Assembly: GCA_964477685.1 (NCBI GenBank)
Contig: CAYZHK010000002.1
Coordinates: 1-55,430 of the forward strand
Direction: 5' to 3'
Source of the DNA: an uncultured Nitrososphaerota archaeon
GTDB lineage: Archaea; Thermoproteota; Methanomethylicia; Methanomethylicales; Methanomethylicaceae
DNA: 55,430 bases
Part shown: in pieces, positions 1-8,949 of the stretch
Position numbering within the stretch: position 1 is the stretch's first letter
Layout of the letters: each line of letters begins with the position of its first letter
Position numbers and translations under genes: made by a program
The notes under the pieces: model-generated
The model's input: the letters and a program-made list of their open reading frames with translations, nothing else
Told to the model about the DNA's origin: nothing
Databases searched by the model: none

Positions 1-912
1 GGCCCCTCCACCGCCGAGAAGCTGAGGAGGGCTGGGATATCGTCGGTCAAGGAGCTGGCGGCCCTCCCGGCCCATGAGCTGCTGATGAGGAGCGAGCTGG
101 GGGAGGGGAAGGCGGAGGAAGCCACGAAGGGGGCGAGGGAATCGGCGCTCTCCAAGGTCTTCACAGCCAAGGAGTACATGGAGAGGAGGTCAAAGATGTC
201 CAAGCTGACGACGGGCTCGTCCAACCTGGACGCCCTTATGGGCGGCGGGCTGGAGCCCGGGATCACGGAGCTGATAGGCGCCTACGGCACCGGAAAAACC
301 CAGATCTGCCTTCAGCTCTGCCTCACCGTGCAGCTGACAAAGAACCGGGGCGGGCTCAATGGCTGCGCCTTCTACCTGGACACCGAGGACACCCTCAAGC
401 CGGAGAGGCTGGTCGAGATCGCCAAGGGCCTCTCCCTTGAGGACGATGCCAGCCTCGACCGCATATTCGGCTACCGGGCAATCAACTCGGACCACCAGTT
501 CGAGGGGCTGGGCATCGCCTCCGACTATGTGAGGAGCAGGGGCGTGAGGCTCCTGGTCGTGGACTCCCTCACGGCCCACTTCAGGAGCGAGTACCCGGGG
601 AGGGAGAACCTCGTTGCCCGACAGCAGAGGCTGAACATGCTCATGCACGAGCTCCAGAGGATGGCGCTGCTCTACGACCTGGTGGTTGTGGTGACCAACC
701 AGATCCTGGACGTGCCGGAGGTGATACCCGGCGTCAAGCCCATGCGCCCTGTCGGGGGAAATGTGGTGGCCCACGGATCCACCTTCAGGCTCTGGCTGGA
801 GAGATCAAAGGGGAGGACCAGGATCACCGTGATCGATTCGCCCAAGCACGCCAGATCCTCGACCTACGTCAGGCTGACGGAGAAGGGTGTCGAGGATGCG
901 GAGGGGGACTGA
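1..912 (+). CDS. radA: DNA repair/recombination protein RadA, 5' end outside the window
   Basis: Frame 1 is open from nt 1 (GPSTAEKLRRAGISSVKELAALPAHELL, helix-hairpin-helix N-domain) and runs into the listed ORF. Walker A GAYGTGKTQ and a RecA/Rad51 core (RLLVVDSL, VVVTNQ) are present. TGA at 910-912. Confidence 0.9.
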   Translation, partial: GPSTAEKLRRAGISSVKELAALPAHELLMRSELGEGKAEEATKGARESALSKVFTAKEYMERRSKMSKLTTGSSNLDALMGGGLEPGITELIGAYGTGKTQICLQLCLTVQLTKNRGGLNGCAFYLDTEDTLKPERLVEIAKGLSLEDDASLDRIFGYRAINSDHQFEGLGIASDYVRSRGVRLLVVDSLTAHFRSEYPGRENLVARQQRLNMLMHELQRMALLYDLVVVVTNQILDVPEVIPGVKPMRPVGGNVVAHGSTFRLWLERSKGRTRITVIDSPKHARSSTYVRLTEKGVEDAEGD

Positions 913-917
913 ACGCT

Positions 918-1484
918 TCAGCTGCGGGTGCAGACTGCCGCCTCATCAGAGCTGGTGCAGACCCCCCTCAGGGTCATGAGGAAGCAGGGGAGGAAGGCGA
1001 AGGAGGAGAGGATCTCGGGCAGGGCAGCTCCCCTGAAGAATATGCCCTGGAAGTACATGGCCCAGAATATGGCCGCGAAGGGCGCTATCAGTGCGAGGTA
1101 GCAGCGCCTCTCTGCGAAGTACACCAGGGCACAGACCAGCAGCAGAACGAAGAGGAGGACGGAGACGTAGAAGTGGAGGAGGCCATAGGTCTCGTTGAAG
1201 GCGCCAACAAGCTGCATGGAGAATCCCATGAAGATGAAGGGGTAGGAAGTCCATCTGGCGTGGCTGTGGAGGTAGGTGATGGAGTATATGATGATTAGTA
1301 CGCCCGTGAGGAGGAGACCGAAGTTAAAGACCGGGGCGGCGGTGCTCTTTGTGGCGTGCCCCAGGTCGCTGAGCGCATTGTTGACCCAGTTGAACCAGGG
1401 GGAGAGGGCGATGGCTATTCCGATGCTGGAGTAGAGCGTCACTATGGGGGCGAGCCCGCCCAGCAGCGCCATCTTCCTGTTCAT
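918..1484 (-). CDS. Integral membrane protein, DUF998-like
   Basis: Several hydrophobic helices and an NNALSDLGH motif reminiscent of DUF998 proteins. Start placed at ATG 1484 (MNRKMALLGG) rather than the track start at 1511. Confidence 0.5.
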   Translation of the reverse strand: MNRKMALLGGLAPIVTLYSSIGIAIALSPWFNWVNNALSDLGHATKSTAAPVFNFGLLLTGVLIIIYSITYLHSHARWTSYPFIFMGFSMQLVGAFNETYGLLHFYVSVLLFVLLLVCALVYFAERRCYLALIAPFAAIFWAMYFQGIFFRGAALPEILSSFAFLPCFLMTLRGVCTSSDEAAVCTRS

Positions 1485-1624
1485 AGCATCCCCAATAACC
1501 CTCGGGAGCACCCTCTAATATAGATGGCAGCAGGTCGCAACAAGATTAAAAAAAGAATCTTCACTGAGAAAGGCGATGGGATTAAGTGTGTCCCGTATAG
1601 TTCTGATCTTGAAGGTGTCAGGTC

Positions 1625-1921
1625 ATGGTCAAGCACTCGGATGTTGTTGGGTTCTTTCCGCTGCTCCAGAAGCTGGATGTGGTGTACGCCAAGGGTGATG
1701 GCAGGGGTGGATTTTTCAAGAAGCCCGCCCTGGCGATGGCCATCGTGACCGAGGATGGGGACGACGCAATTTCCTACCTCGTGCCAATGGTCTCCATCAA
1801 CGACGCTGCCGAGATAGACATAGCCCATGAGGGGAACATAATCGGCTATGATGACGGATCCGGGGACACAGACTGGAAGAAGTTGGCGGAGAGGTACGAA
1901 GCGAAGGGCAGGAAAAAATGA
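1625..1921 (+). CDS. Hypothetical 98-aa soluble protein
   Basis: Codon usage matches the neighbours (GC-rich third positions). GGTG lies about 10 nt upstream of the ATG and a T7 run follows the stop. No family recognised. Confidence 0.5.
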   Translation: MVKHSDVVGFFPLLQKLDVVYAKGDGRGGFFKKPALAMAIVTEDGDDAISYLVPMVSINDAAEIDIAHEGNIIGYDDGSGDTDWKKLAERYEAKGRKK

Positions 1922-1953
1922 GCCGGCGCCCGGGGAGGCCAATTTCTTCAGGC

Positions 1954-1960
1954 TTTTTTT
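1954..1960 (+). terminator. Oligo-T tract (T7) downstream of the 98-aa ORF
   Basis: ggcTTTTTTTgcg lies 33 nt after the TGA at 1919-1921. Archaeal termination typically uses oligo-T runs. Confidence 0.35.
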
Positions 1961-2083
1961 GCGACCGGCAGGCCGTTGTCAGGCCTCTAGAGGTCGCTGA
2001 CGGACCCATTCGCGGCAGCAGAGGACCGCTAAGCAATTAAGAGGATTGGGCGATAGCATCTCAGCCGGTCTGGGGGCTGAGTG

Positions 2084-3232
2084 ATGGTGTCAGATGGTTT
2101 CGGAGGCAGTGCTGGCCTGCTGGCAACCTTCATCCGGCCGTGGCATGATTCCCTGGAGGATCCGGCCAGAGCCCAGGAGGCTGCGCTCTCTGCCCTCCTG
2201 GAGGGGTACTCCAGGACCGGGTACGGAAGGGATCATGGGGCAGAGGGGGTCGGGAACGCCGAGGATTTCAGGAGGGCTTTCCCTGCCTGTGGCTATGAAG
2301 GCTTCAGGCGCCAGATCGAAAGGGTGAAGGAGGGGGACGAGGGGGCGCTCCTGCCGGAGCCGGCTGTGGGGTGGGTGATGACCAGGGGCACGACCGGTGA
2401 TCCGAAGGTGATCCCGGTCACCAGGACCCATATGGGCCTCATAATGCTCCTGGGCGCCAGGGGGATAGTCAACCATGCCCTGAGGAAGCCTGAAAGCGGC
2501 GTCCTGCAGGGCCATGTGCTAAACCTGAACTTCCCGTCCCGGGTCAGCGCCATTCGCACAGGGAAGGGCGAGGAGGTCTACGGCTACAGCTCGGGAACCT
2601 ACGCCAAGTTCAACCCCCAGCTGGGTGATACGCGGCTTGTGCCGGCGCAGGAGGAGATAGATGCCCTGGGCGGCGGGATAGGGAGCAGGGACTGGGAGGC
2701 GCGCTTCGAGCTGGTCTACCAGCGGGCGAAGGGTGAGGGGGTGAAGAGCGTCATGGGCGTCACCCCCGTCATTGCAGCCTTCGGGAGGCATGTTAAGGGC
2801 AAGCACGGGAAGGCTCCGAGGGACCTCTGGGAAATGGGGGGCCTCTTCTGCACCAGCGTCGCCAAGATCCACACGAACTATGCCCCCCAGCTGAGGAAGC
2901 TCTACGGGGACACCGATGTGGTGGAGCTCTACACGGCAACGGAGGGGGTCTTTGGCCAGCAGCTTGACGATAACCCCTACTTCTCCCCCAACTATGACGT
3001 CTATTTCTTCGAGGTCGTCACCGGGAGGGGGGTGAAGATGCTCCACGAGCTGAAGGCGGGTGAATGGGGGAGGCTGGTAATCTCGGGACCGCTCTTCCCG
3101 CGCTATGATATCGGGGACCTTGTGGAAAGCGCGGGTAAAGGCTATTTCAGGGTCTTCGGGCGCTCCAAGCTCTCCACCGTCGTCGAGCACCGCCTCTTCA
3201 ACTTGATTACCGGCAGGTGGCTCGACCTCTAG
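2084..3232 (+). CDS. GH3-like / acyl-adenylate-forming enzyme, short form
   Basis: TRGTTGDPKVIPVT (adenylate-forming T/S-GTT-G-x-PK motif) and YTATEG are present, and the N-terminal layout resembles the GH3 family. At 382 aa the usual C-terminal domain seems absent. Confidence 0.55.
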   Translation: MVSDGFGGSAGLLATFIRPWHDSLEDPARAQEAALSALLEGYSRTGYGRDHGAEGVGNAEDFRRAFPACGYEGFRRQIERVKEGDEGALLPEPAVGWVMTRGTTGDPKVIPVTRTHMGLIMLLGARGIVNHALRKPESGVLQGHVLNLNFPSRVSAIRTGKGEEVYGYSSGTYAKFNPQLGDTRLVPAQEEIDALGGGIGSRDWEARFELVYQRAKGEGVKSVMGVTPVIAAFGRHVKGKHGKAPRDLWEMGGLFCTSVAKIHTNYAPQLRKLYGDTDVVELYTATEGVFGQQLDDNPYFSPNYDVYFFEVVTGRGVKMLHELKAGEWGRLVISGPLFPRYDIGDLVESAGKGYFRVFGRSKLSTVVEHRLFNLITGRWLDL

Positions 3233-3262
3233 GGAAAAATGGGCGGCCCGAAAAAAATGGGT

Positions 3263-3814
3263 TCAGGGCCTGGGGGTCCTTCTTCGGCCGAAGATCGCTA
3301 TGAGTATCACGAAGACGCCCAGCACGATCACAATGTAGGGCCAGATGGCATAGGTCCAGAAGAGGGGACCGATGCCCAGGAGGGCGATAATTGCGCCTCC
3401 CACGATGAGGCCGTAGAAGGGGCCGTAGGTTCCCCTCCGGGCACCCAGGATAATCCCCTCCAGCACCAGGATTATGCCCAGGCCGGCCAGGAAGTAGTTC
3501 CACCAGTTGTTCCATCCAACGCTGGGGGACGTGACCGCAATGGCGAAGACTATGCCGAGCCAGATGAGAATCAGCCCGCCAAACAGGGAGACCATCCAAT
3601 TGTCCTTGCCCCCCTTCTCATGCTTCTCCCCCTTTTCCTGCTTCTCGCCCTTCTCGTTTTTTTCGTCCTTCTCCCTGCGCTGCCTTTGCGGCGCAGCCTG
3701 TCCCGCTGCATAGGCAGCCCCGCCAGCTGCCACTGGCCTGCCGCAGCGACTGCAGTAGGCAGCCCCCTCGGCAATAGGGGCACCACAGTAGCTACAGAAT
3801 TTAGAGTCGGACAT
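3263..3814 (-). CDS. Zinc-ribbon membrane protein with an EK-rich linker
   Basis: N-terminal CSYCGAPIAEGAAYCSRCG (CxxC...CxxC), a low-complexity REKDEKNEKGEKQEKGEKHEKGGK stretch, then about 4 hydrophobic helices. Confidence 0.6.
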   Translation of the reverse strand: MSDSKFCSYCGAPIAEGAAYCSRCGRPVAAGGAAYAAGQAAPQRQRREKDEKNEKGEKQEKGEKHEKGGKDNWMVSLFGGLILIWLGIVFAIAVTSPSVGWNNWWNYFLAGLGIILVLEGIILGARRGTYGPFYGLIVGGAIIALLGIGPLFWTYAIWPYIVIVLGVFVILIAIFGRRRTPRP

Positions 3815-3914
3815 GCATATCCCATGATAAATGGGTCTACTGTGCTAATGAAGTTTGTGCAGGCAGGATGGAGAATGCTCTGCCGGTGCCACTGAGGCGA
3901 AAGAAGGGAGAGGT

Positions 3915-6305
3915 TCAGTCGGGGGGCTCCAGGCCGAAGTCGTCCGCCTTCTTGGAGAGAACCCTCTCCATGATGACCTTCCGCTCCACGCCGGCAACAA
4001 CCTTCCTGGTCCAGACCACCATGTCGGGGTTGACGCTGACACTGTCGATGCCGTTCCTCACCAGGAACTCCGAGAGCTCGGGATACTGGCTTGGCCCCTG
4101 CCCGCAGATGCTCACCGTGACCCCGTTGCTGTGGGCAACCTTAATGAGGTGCGCAATGGCCCTCAGCACCGCCGGATCCCTCTCATCAAAGTACCTGGGG
4201 TCCTGGGCTGGCAGTATGGGGGAGTCCCTGTCCACGCCCAGGGTAAGCTGGGTGAGGTCGTTGCTCCCCACGCTGAAGCCGTCGCAGAGCTTCGAGAACT
4301 CGTCCGCCATGAAGATTATGGAGGGAACTTCGGCCATCAGCCAGACCTTGAAGTCCCTGCTCCGCTCCAGTCCCTCTTCCTTCATGATGGCAAGGCAACG
4401 TTCGACCTCCCACGTCGTCCTTACGAAGGGCAGCATGGCATAGACGTTCTTGAGGCCCCACTCGTCCCTAACCCTCTTGATGGCCTGGCATTCCAGCCTG
4501 AAGCCGGGGGTGTACTTGGGCGAGACATACCTGCTGACCCCTCTCCAGCCGATCATGGGGTTGCTCTCCTGGGGCTCAAACTTTTCGCCGCCCTTGAGCT
4601 GGCGGTATTCGTTGGTCTTGAAGTCGCTGAACCTCACAACAACCGGGCGCGGGTAGATCTCCCGGGCCACGCGGGATACGCCGCTGGCCAGCCGGTCGAC
4701 GAATTTCTCCTCCTGCTTCATCTCTATGAGGTGGAGCGGGTGCTCTCCGACGACATCTGCGATGGTGAACTCCACCCTCATGAGGCCGATGCCGTCGAAG
4801 GGGAGGTCCTTATACTTCTCGATCATTGCCGGCTCGCCAAGGTTCATATAGATCTTTGTGCCGGTTGGCGGGAATGTTGCGCCGAGGTTGAGCGTGACAG
4901 GGGCAGCGGCGCCCATCTTCTGCTCCCCCATTAGCGCGTCGCCGTCATAGACGATGCCGTGGGTCGCGTCGACTGTGATCAGCTGGCCGGTCTTGATTGT
5001 GGTGGTTGCGGTGTTGGTCCCCACAACGCAGGGTATCCCCAGCTCCCTGCTGACTATGGCGGCGTGGCAGGTAATCCCTCCGCTGTTGGTGACGATTGCC
5101 AGGGCCTTGCGCATGGCAGGAGCCCAGTCGGGCGAGGTCATCTCTGTGACCAGGATCTGGCCGCTCTGGAACTTGGAGATGCCCTTGACGTCCAGAATGA
5201 CGTGGGCCTTCCCGGCCACCATGCCTGGGGCTGCTGGAAGCCCCCGGAGGAGGCGCTTTCTTTCGGCGCTCATCTGCTTGTCCTCAAGCTTCTTCGCTTC
5301 CCCGCTGGAGCATACGGTCTCGGGCCTGGCCTGCACGATGTAGAGCTCGCCGTTGTTGGCGTCGAGGGCCCATTCGATGTCCATCCCAATGCCATAGTGC
5401 TTCTCGATCTCAACGGCATAGCGGCCCAGGCTGAGGACTTGGTCGTCCCCAATGCAAGGCTTCTCCTGCAGCTCCTTGGGTATCTGCACTTCCTTAAGGA
5501 AGCCGCCACCACCCTCTGCCGGAGACCTGATGGACATGCCCTCCTTCTTGGAGATAAGCCTTTTCTTGATGATCATCGTGGACTTCTCTATGACGAACTG
5601 ATCGGGGCGGACCTTCCCCTGGACTATGCTTTCCCCAATGCCCCAGGTCCCCTCGATGACAACGACACTCCTGTCGCAGGTCGTTGGGTCGAGTGTGAAT
5701 ATGACGCCGGAAGATTTGCTGTTCACCATCTTCTGAACGGCAACGCTGAGGAAGACCTTGGAGTCGTCAAAGCCCTTGGCCTTCCTATAGGATATGGCCC
5801 TGGGGGTGTAGAGGGACGAGAAGCACTTCGCCACATACTTGAGGAGCTTGTCCTTGCCCTTCACGAAGAGGTAGGTGTCCTGTTGCCCTGCGAAGCTGGC
5901 TCCCGGCAGGTCTTCGGCAGTGGCGCTGCTCCTCACCGCAACGACAGGGTCCTTCTCCTTCAGCTTTGCGCCCAGGTCCCGGTAGGCGGCTGCGATGCCC
6001 TCCTGGAGGGCCTTGGGGAGGGGGGCAGCCTCCATGAGCGCCCTTATCTTCTTGGAGGCGCTTTCCAGGGAGTCGGTGCTGCCTTCATCTATCCCCTGGA
6101 GTATCTTGCTGATCTTCTCATCCATCCGGCTCTGGCTCACGTGGAGGACATAGCCGCCTGCGGTGATGGCAAAACCAGGCGGCACGGGCATATTGAAGGA
6201 TATCAGCTCGCCCAAATTCGCATTCTTCCCGCCAACAGTGGCGACATCCTCCTTCCGGAGGTTATCGAATGGGATGATGTAAGAATCCTTGGAGGAGTTG
6301 GACAT
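3915..6305 (-). CDS. ppsA: Phosphoenolpyruvate synthase (pyruvate, water dikinase)
   Basis: 796 aa with an ATP-grasp N-domain, a swivel-domain phosphohistidine region (GGITCHAAIVSRELGIPCVVG) and a PEP-utilising C-domain (SVGSNDLTQLTLGVDRDS). Confidence 0.95.
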   Translation of the reverse strand: MSNSSKDSYIIPFDNLRKEDVATVGGKNANLGELISFNMPVPPGFAITAGGYVLHVSQSRMDEKISKILQGIDEGSTDSLESASKKIRALMEAAPLPKALQEGIAAAYRDLGAKLKEKDPVVAVRSSATAEDLPGASFAGQQDTYLFVKGKDKLLKYVAKCFSSLYTPRAISYRKAKGFDDSKVFLSVAVQKMVNSKSSGVIFTLDPTTCDRSVVVIEGTWGIGESIVQGKVRPDQFVIEKSTMIIKKRLISKKEGMSIRSPAEGGGGFLKEVQIPKELQEKPCIGDDQVLSLGRYAVEIEKHYGIGMDIEWALDANNGELYIVQARPETVCSSGEAKKLEDKQMSAERKRLLRGLPAAPGMVAGKAHVILDVKGISKFQSGQILVTEMTSPDWAPAMRKALAIVTNSGGITCHAAIVSRELGIPCVVGTNTATTTIKTGQLITVDATHGIVYDGDALMGEQKMGAAAPVTLNLGATFPPTGTKIYMNLGEPAMIEKYKDLPFDGIGLMRVEFTIADVVGEHPLHLIEMKQEEKFVDRLASGVSRVAREIYPRPVVVRFSDFKTNEYRQLKGGEKFEPQESNPMIGWRGVSRYVSPKYTPGFRLECQAIKRVRDEWGLKNVYAMLPFVRTTWEVERCLAIMKEEGLERSRDFKVWLMAEVPSIIFMADEFSKLCDGFSVGSNDLTQLTLGVDRDSPILPAQDPRYFDERDPAVLRAIAHLIKVAHSNGVTVSICGQGPSQYPELSEFLVRNGIDSVSVNPDMVVWTRKVVAGVERKVIMERVLSKKADDFGLEPPD

Positions 6306-6334
6306 TTAACAACACCAAGCAGTTTTAGGATTCC

Positions 6335-6350
6335 TTTTTATAGATATAAA
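6335..6350 (-). promoter_or_regulatory. Candidate TATA box(es) for ppsA
   Basis: The minus strand reads TTTATATCTATAAAAA, 30-45 nt upstream of the ppsA ATG at 6305. Confidence 0.35.
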
Positions 6351-6466
6351 TTGCTTTTGGTGATGGTCTTACAATCCTGCACGGGAGACCATGGCCAAGT
6401 AAACGGGGCTTGCCAGGCGGCCTCCCCGGGAAACGGCCCCAGTCGGGGAACATGGAGCTGAAAAAG

Positions 6467-6742
6467 CTAGCGGAGGATCTTGAAGTCCCTCAAGTCCCCC
6501 TTTGGATCCTCCCACCTTAGGTTGAGGTTCTGTACGGAGGAGCCGGGTGGACCGATCCTGAGCTCCTCCACAAGCCTAAGCAGTTTGGGCCTCTCGCCCT
6601 CAGCCACCACCTCGACGGTGCCATCCCTCCGGTTTGTCACATAGCCCTGCAATGCCATCTTTTTGGCTACCCTATAGGTATAATAGCGGAAGCCGACACC
6701 CTGAACCACACCATGTACCACTATCTTCATCCTTGTCTGCAT
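6467..6742 (-). CDS. acyP: Acylphosphatase
   Basis: 91 aa with VHGVVQGVGFRYY and GYVTNRRDGTVEVVAEG signatures. Confidence 0.85.
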   Translation of the reverse strand: MQTRMKIVVHGVVQGVGFRYYTYRVAKKMALQGYVTNRRDGTVEVVAEGERPKLLRLVEELRIGPPGSSVQNLNLRWEDPKGDLRDFKILR

Positions 6743-6891
6743 CGGATCTCCCCGACGGATATTTGTATTATGTGTTTAGTATAAAAAATCGATTAATGCC
6801 GGCACTGCCCAAAGGTAGGGGGATCCGCCGGCCAGACCGCTAGGTTTATGTCGCAATCTGTAGGAATTAAATTCTGTTTCGGTGTGGCGCG

Positions 6892-7662
6892 ATGTCTTTG
6901 AGAACCATCGTGAGCGGCGAGGAGGTCCTCCTGTACCTCAATGAGAGGAAGAGTTGGATCGTGAGGGTGGAGGAGGGGAAGAAATTCCACTGCCACAGGG
7001 GGATTGTGGACCTCGGCGACCTCGTGGGGAAGCCCTATGGCTATGAGGCTGTGACCACACTGGGTGCCAGGCTGAAGGTCATGCCGTCCGACTACCTCGA
7101 TCACCTCGAAAGGATTTCCAGGAGGACGCAGGTCATATATCCGAAGGACATGGCCTACATTGCGCTGATGGGCAATGTCCGCTCAGGCAGCAGGGTGCTC
7201 GAGTGCGGGACCGGCAGTGGTGCCCTGACGAGCTACCTGGCCGGCCTGGTGAGGCCCAACGGGAAGGTCATCACCTATGAAATGAGAGAAGAGTTCCAGG
7301 AGAATGCAAGGAGGAACGTAGAGAAACTGGGCCTCTCGGATTCGGTTGAGTTCAGGCTGAAGGACCTTATGGCAGGCATAGACGAGTCGGACCTGGACTC
7401 CATAGTTCTGGACATGGCAACGCCTTGGCTCGCCATGCCCCAGGCCTACCAGTCTCTGAGGGCGGGGGGGCGGATTGTGAGCTTCAGCCCCACAATCAAC
7501 CAGGTGGAGAAGACCGTGGAGGAGATGAGAAGGATCGGCTTCGTGGGCATCAGGACGGTCGAACTGATAATGAGGACCTATAAGGTAAAGGCTAATGAGA
7601 CCCGCCCGGATATGGTAATGGTTGGCCACACCGGCTACATTGTTTCGGCTCGGAAGTGTTGA
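6892..7662 (+). CDS. trmI: tRNA (adenine-N1)-methyltransferase, TrmI/GCD14 family
   Basis: N-terminal beta domain, RRTQVIYPKDMAYI, and SAM motif VLECGTGSGALTSYL. Confidence 0.8.
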   Translation: MSLRTIVSGEEVLLYLNERKSWIVRVEEGKKFHCHRGIVDLGDLVGKPYGYEAVTTLGARLKVMPSDYLDHLERISRRTQVIYPKDMAYIALMGNVRSGSRVLECGTGSGALTSYLAGLVRPNGKVITYEMREEFQENARRNVEKLGLSDSVEFRLKDLMAGIDESDLDSIVLDMATPWLAMPQAYQSLRAGGRIVSFSPTINQVEKTVEEMRRIGFVGIRTVELIMRTYKVKANETRPDMVMVGHTGYIVSARKC

Positions 7663-7663
7663 T

Positions 7664-7990
7664 ATGGAAAATGCATTGAAGTCTCTGAAGAGTGCGGAAG
7701 AGCATGCCTCCGAGGTGGAGAGGGAGACAGCCCAGAGGGCCTCAGAACTGTCGAGGGATGCCGAAGAGGCGGTGAAAAAGATGGAGGCGGAGGCCGAGGG
7801 CAAGGCCAAGGATGCCGGGGAGAGGCATCTCGCCACAAGGGTGGATGCGGCCAAGGGCGAGTCCAAAAAGATAAAGGAGAAGGCAAAGGCAGAGGGTGAA
7901 GGCATGGAGAAGAAGGCGAAGGAGAAGATGGCCCAGGGCGTCGATCAGGTAGTGGATGCTGTGATAAGGAGAACTAGATCCGAAGAGTGA
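7664..7990 (+). CDS. atpH: A1AO ATP synthase subunit H (peripheral stalk)
   Basis: 108-aa highly charged A/E/K-rich helix resembling archaeal AhaH. The ATG at 7664 lies 1 nt after the trmI stop, and atpC follows directly. Confidence 0.65.
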   Translation: MENALKSLKSAEEHASEVERETAQRASELSRDAEEAVKKMEAEAEGKAKDAGERHLATRVDAAKGESKKIKEKAKAEGEGMEKKAKEKMAQGVDQVVDAVIRRTRSEE

Positions 7991-8949
7991 CCCCAGAGGG
8001 CATGGCATTGACAGACCTTGTCTTCGGAGCTGTAAAGGCTTCATCCAGAAAGGGCAAGCTCTTCACAGAGCAGCAGATCATTGACCTAGTTGGCTCCAGG
8101 GATCTGAAGGACCTCCAGAACAGGATAAAGGAGAGGTATCCCCTCCTCGCGGCTGCCACTCCCTCGCTGAAGGGCATAGAGGAGGGTCTGATCAAGTCGT
8201 ACAAGGATGAGATTGATAGGTTCATCAAGGCCACTCCGGATCTGGAGCCGGCCTTGAGGATGGCCCAGCGGGAGGTTGATGAGTACAGGGCAATAGAGAC
8301 CCTGAAGAGCCGAGTGGGGATCTTCGCCACCGACTCGAAAGGGGGGGAGAGGAGACCCCTGAAGGAGGACGCAGCCCAATCGGCGCTGAAGGGCTTTGAG
8401 CGGGAAGTGGAGGAGGCGACCGAGATCTATGAGAAGTACAAGGTGCCGGGGCTCATCGACGCGGTCTTTGCACGCCAGAGGATACGAAACCTGTTCAGCA
8501 CCGATGCGGGAATGACCAAGGATGTCTTGGAGGAATTGGGAGAATATGCGAGGCTTAAGGCAGATGTCTTCAACATCAGCGTCCTGCTCAGGGGCATAAA
8601 GAACGGAATCGACCGAAAGGCACTGATGGAGATGGTCTTGCCCGGCGGGGGCATCTCGTGGAAACTGCTCCAAGAGGCGGCCAAGCAGGCGGAGATCAAG
8701 AAGGCCATGACGCTTTTGGAGGTGGCAGGCCTCCCCAAGACGGATTCCCCCCGCGCCCTGGAGAGGTTCTATGAGAGCAGGATATCGAAGATGATGAATC
8801 GGGCGTATTATGACGGCTACTTGGGGGCAGGTGCCATAATGGGCTACCTGGAGCTGAAGTATCGGGAGATAAGGAATATAATGAGGATAGCGAATGCGAT
8901 AAGCCTTGGCATCGATCCGAAGAGGGCGGTGCAGGACTTCATTTTTTGA
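7987..8949 (+). CDS. atpC: A1AO ATP synthase subunit C (V-type d homologue)
   Basis: 320-aa all-helical protein with AtpC-like ends (YLELKYREIRNIMRIANAI). The GTG at 7987 overlaps the atpH stop as GTGA; an alternative ATG lies at 8002. Confidence 0.75.
   Translation: MTPEGMALTDLVFGAVKASSRKGKLFTEQQIIDLVGSRDLKDLQNRIKERYPLLAAATPSLKGIEEGLIKSYKDEIDRFIKATPDLEPALRMAQREVDEYRAIETLKSRVGIFATDSKGGERRPLKEDAAQSALKGFEREVEEATEIYEKYKVPGLIDAVFARQRIRNLFSTDAGMTKDVLEELGEYARLKADVFNISVLLRGIKNGIDRKALMEMVLPGGGISWKLLQEAAKQAEIKKAMTLLEVAGLPKTDSPRALERFYESRISKMMNRAYYDGYLGAGAIMGYLELKYREIRNIMRIANAISLGIDPKRAVQDFIF

Noticed and set aside
940-985. CTGATGA ... CTGA on the minus strand, resembling C and D boxes of an sRNA.
   Set aside because: The boxes are only about 21 nt apart, with no C'/D' pair. 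The segment is the 3' coding end of the DUF998-like gene. Other TGATGA occurrences I scanned were all inside coding regions without a matching terminal CTGA/stem context.
3598-3680. A short periodic CTTCTC-type repeat that looked like a possible tandem repeat or mini-array.
   Set aside because: It lies inside the zinc-ribbon membrane gene and encodes its EKxEK low-complexity linker on the minus strand. The period is 6-12 nt and imperfect, so it is not CRISPR-like.
3855-6461. Two very long plus-strand ORFs (359 and 500 aa) antisense to ppsA.
   Set aside because: The opposite strand encodes a complete, motif-rich PEP synthase. The antisense translations are Gly/Leu/His/Pro/Asp-rich with no domain signature. 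This is the usual stop-poor antisense frame of a GC-rich gene.
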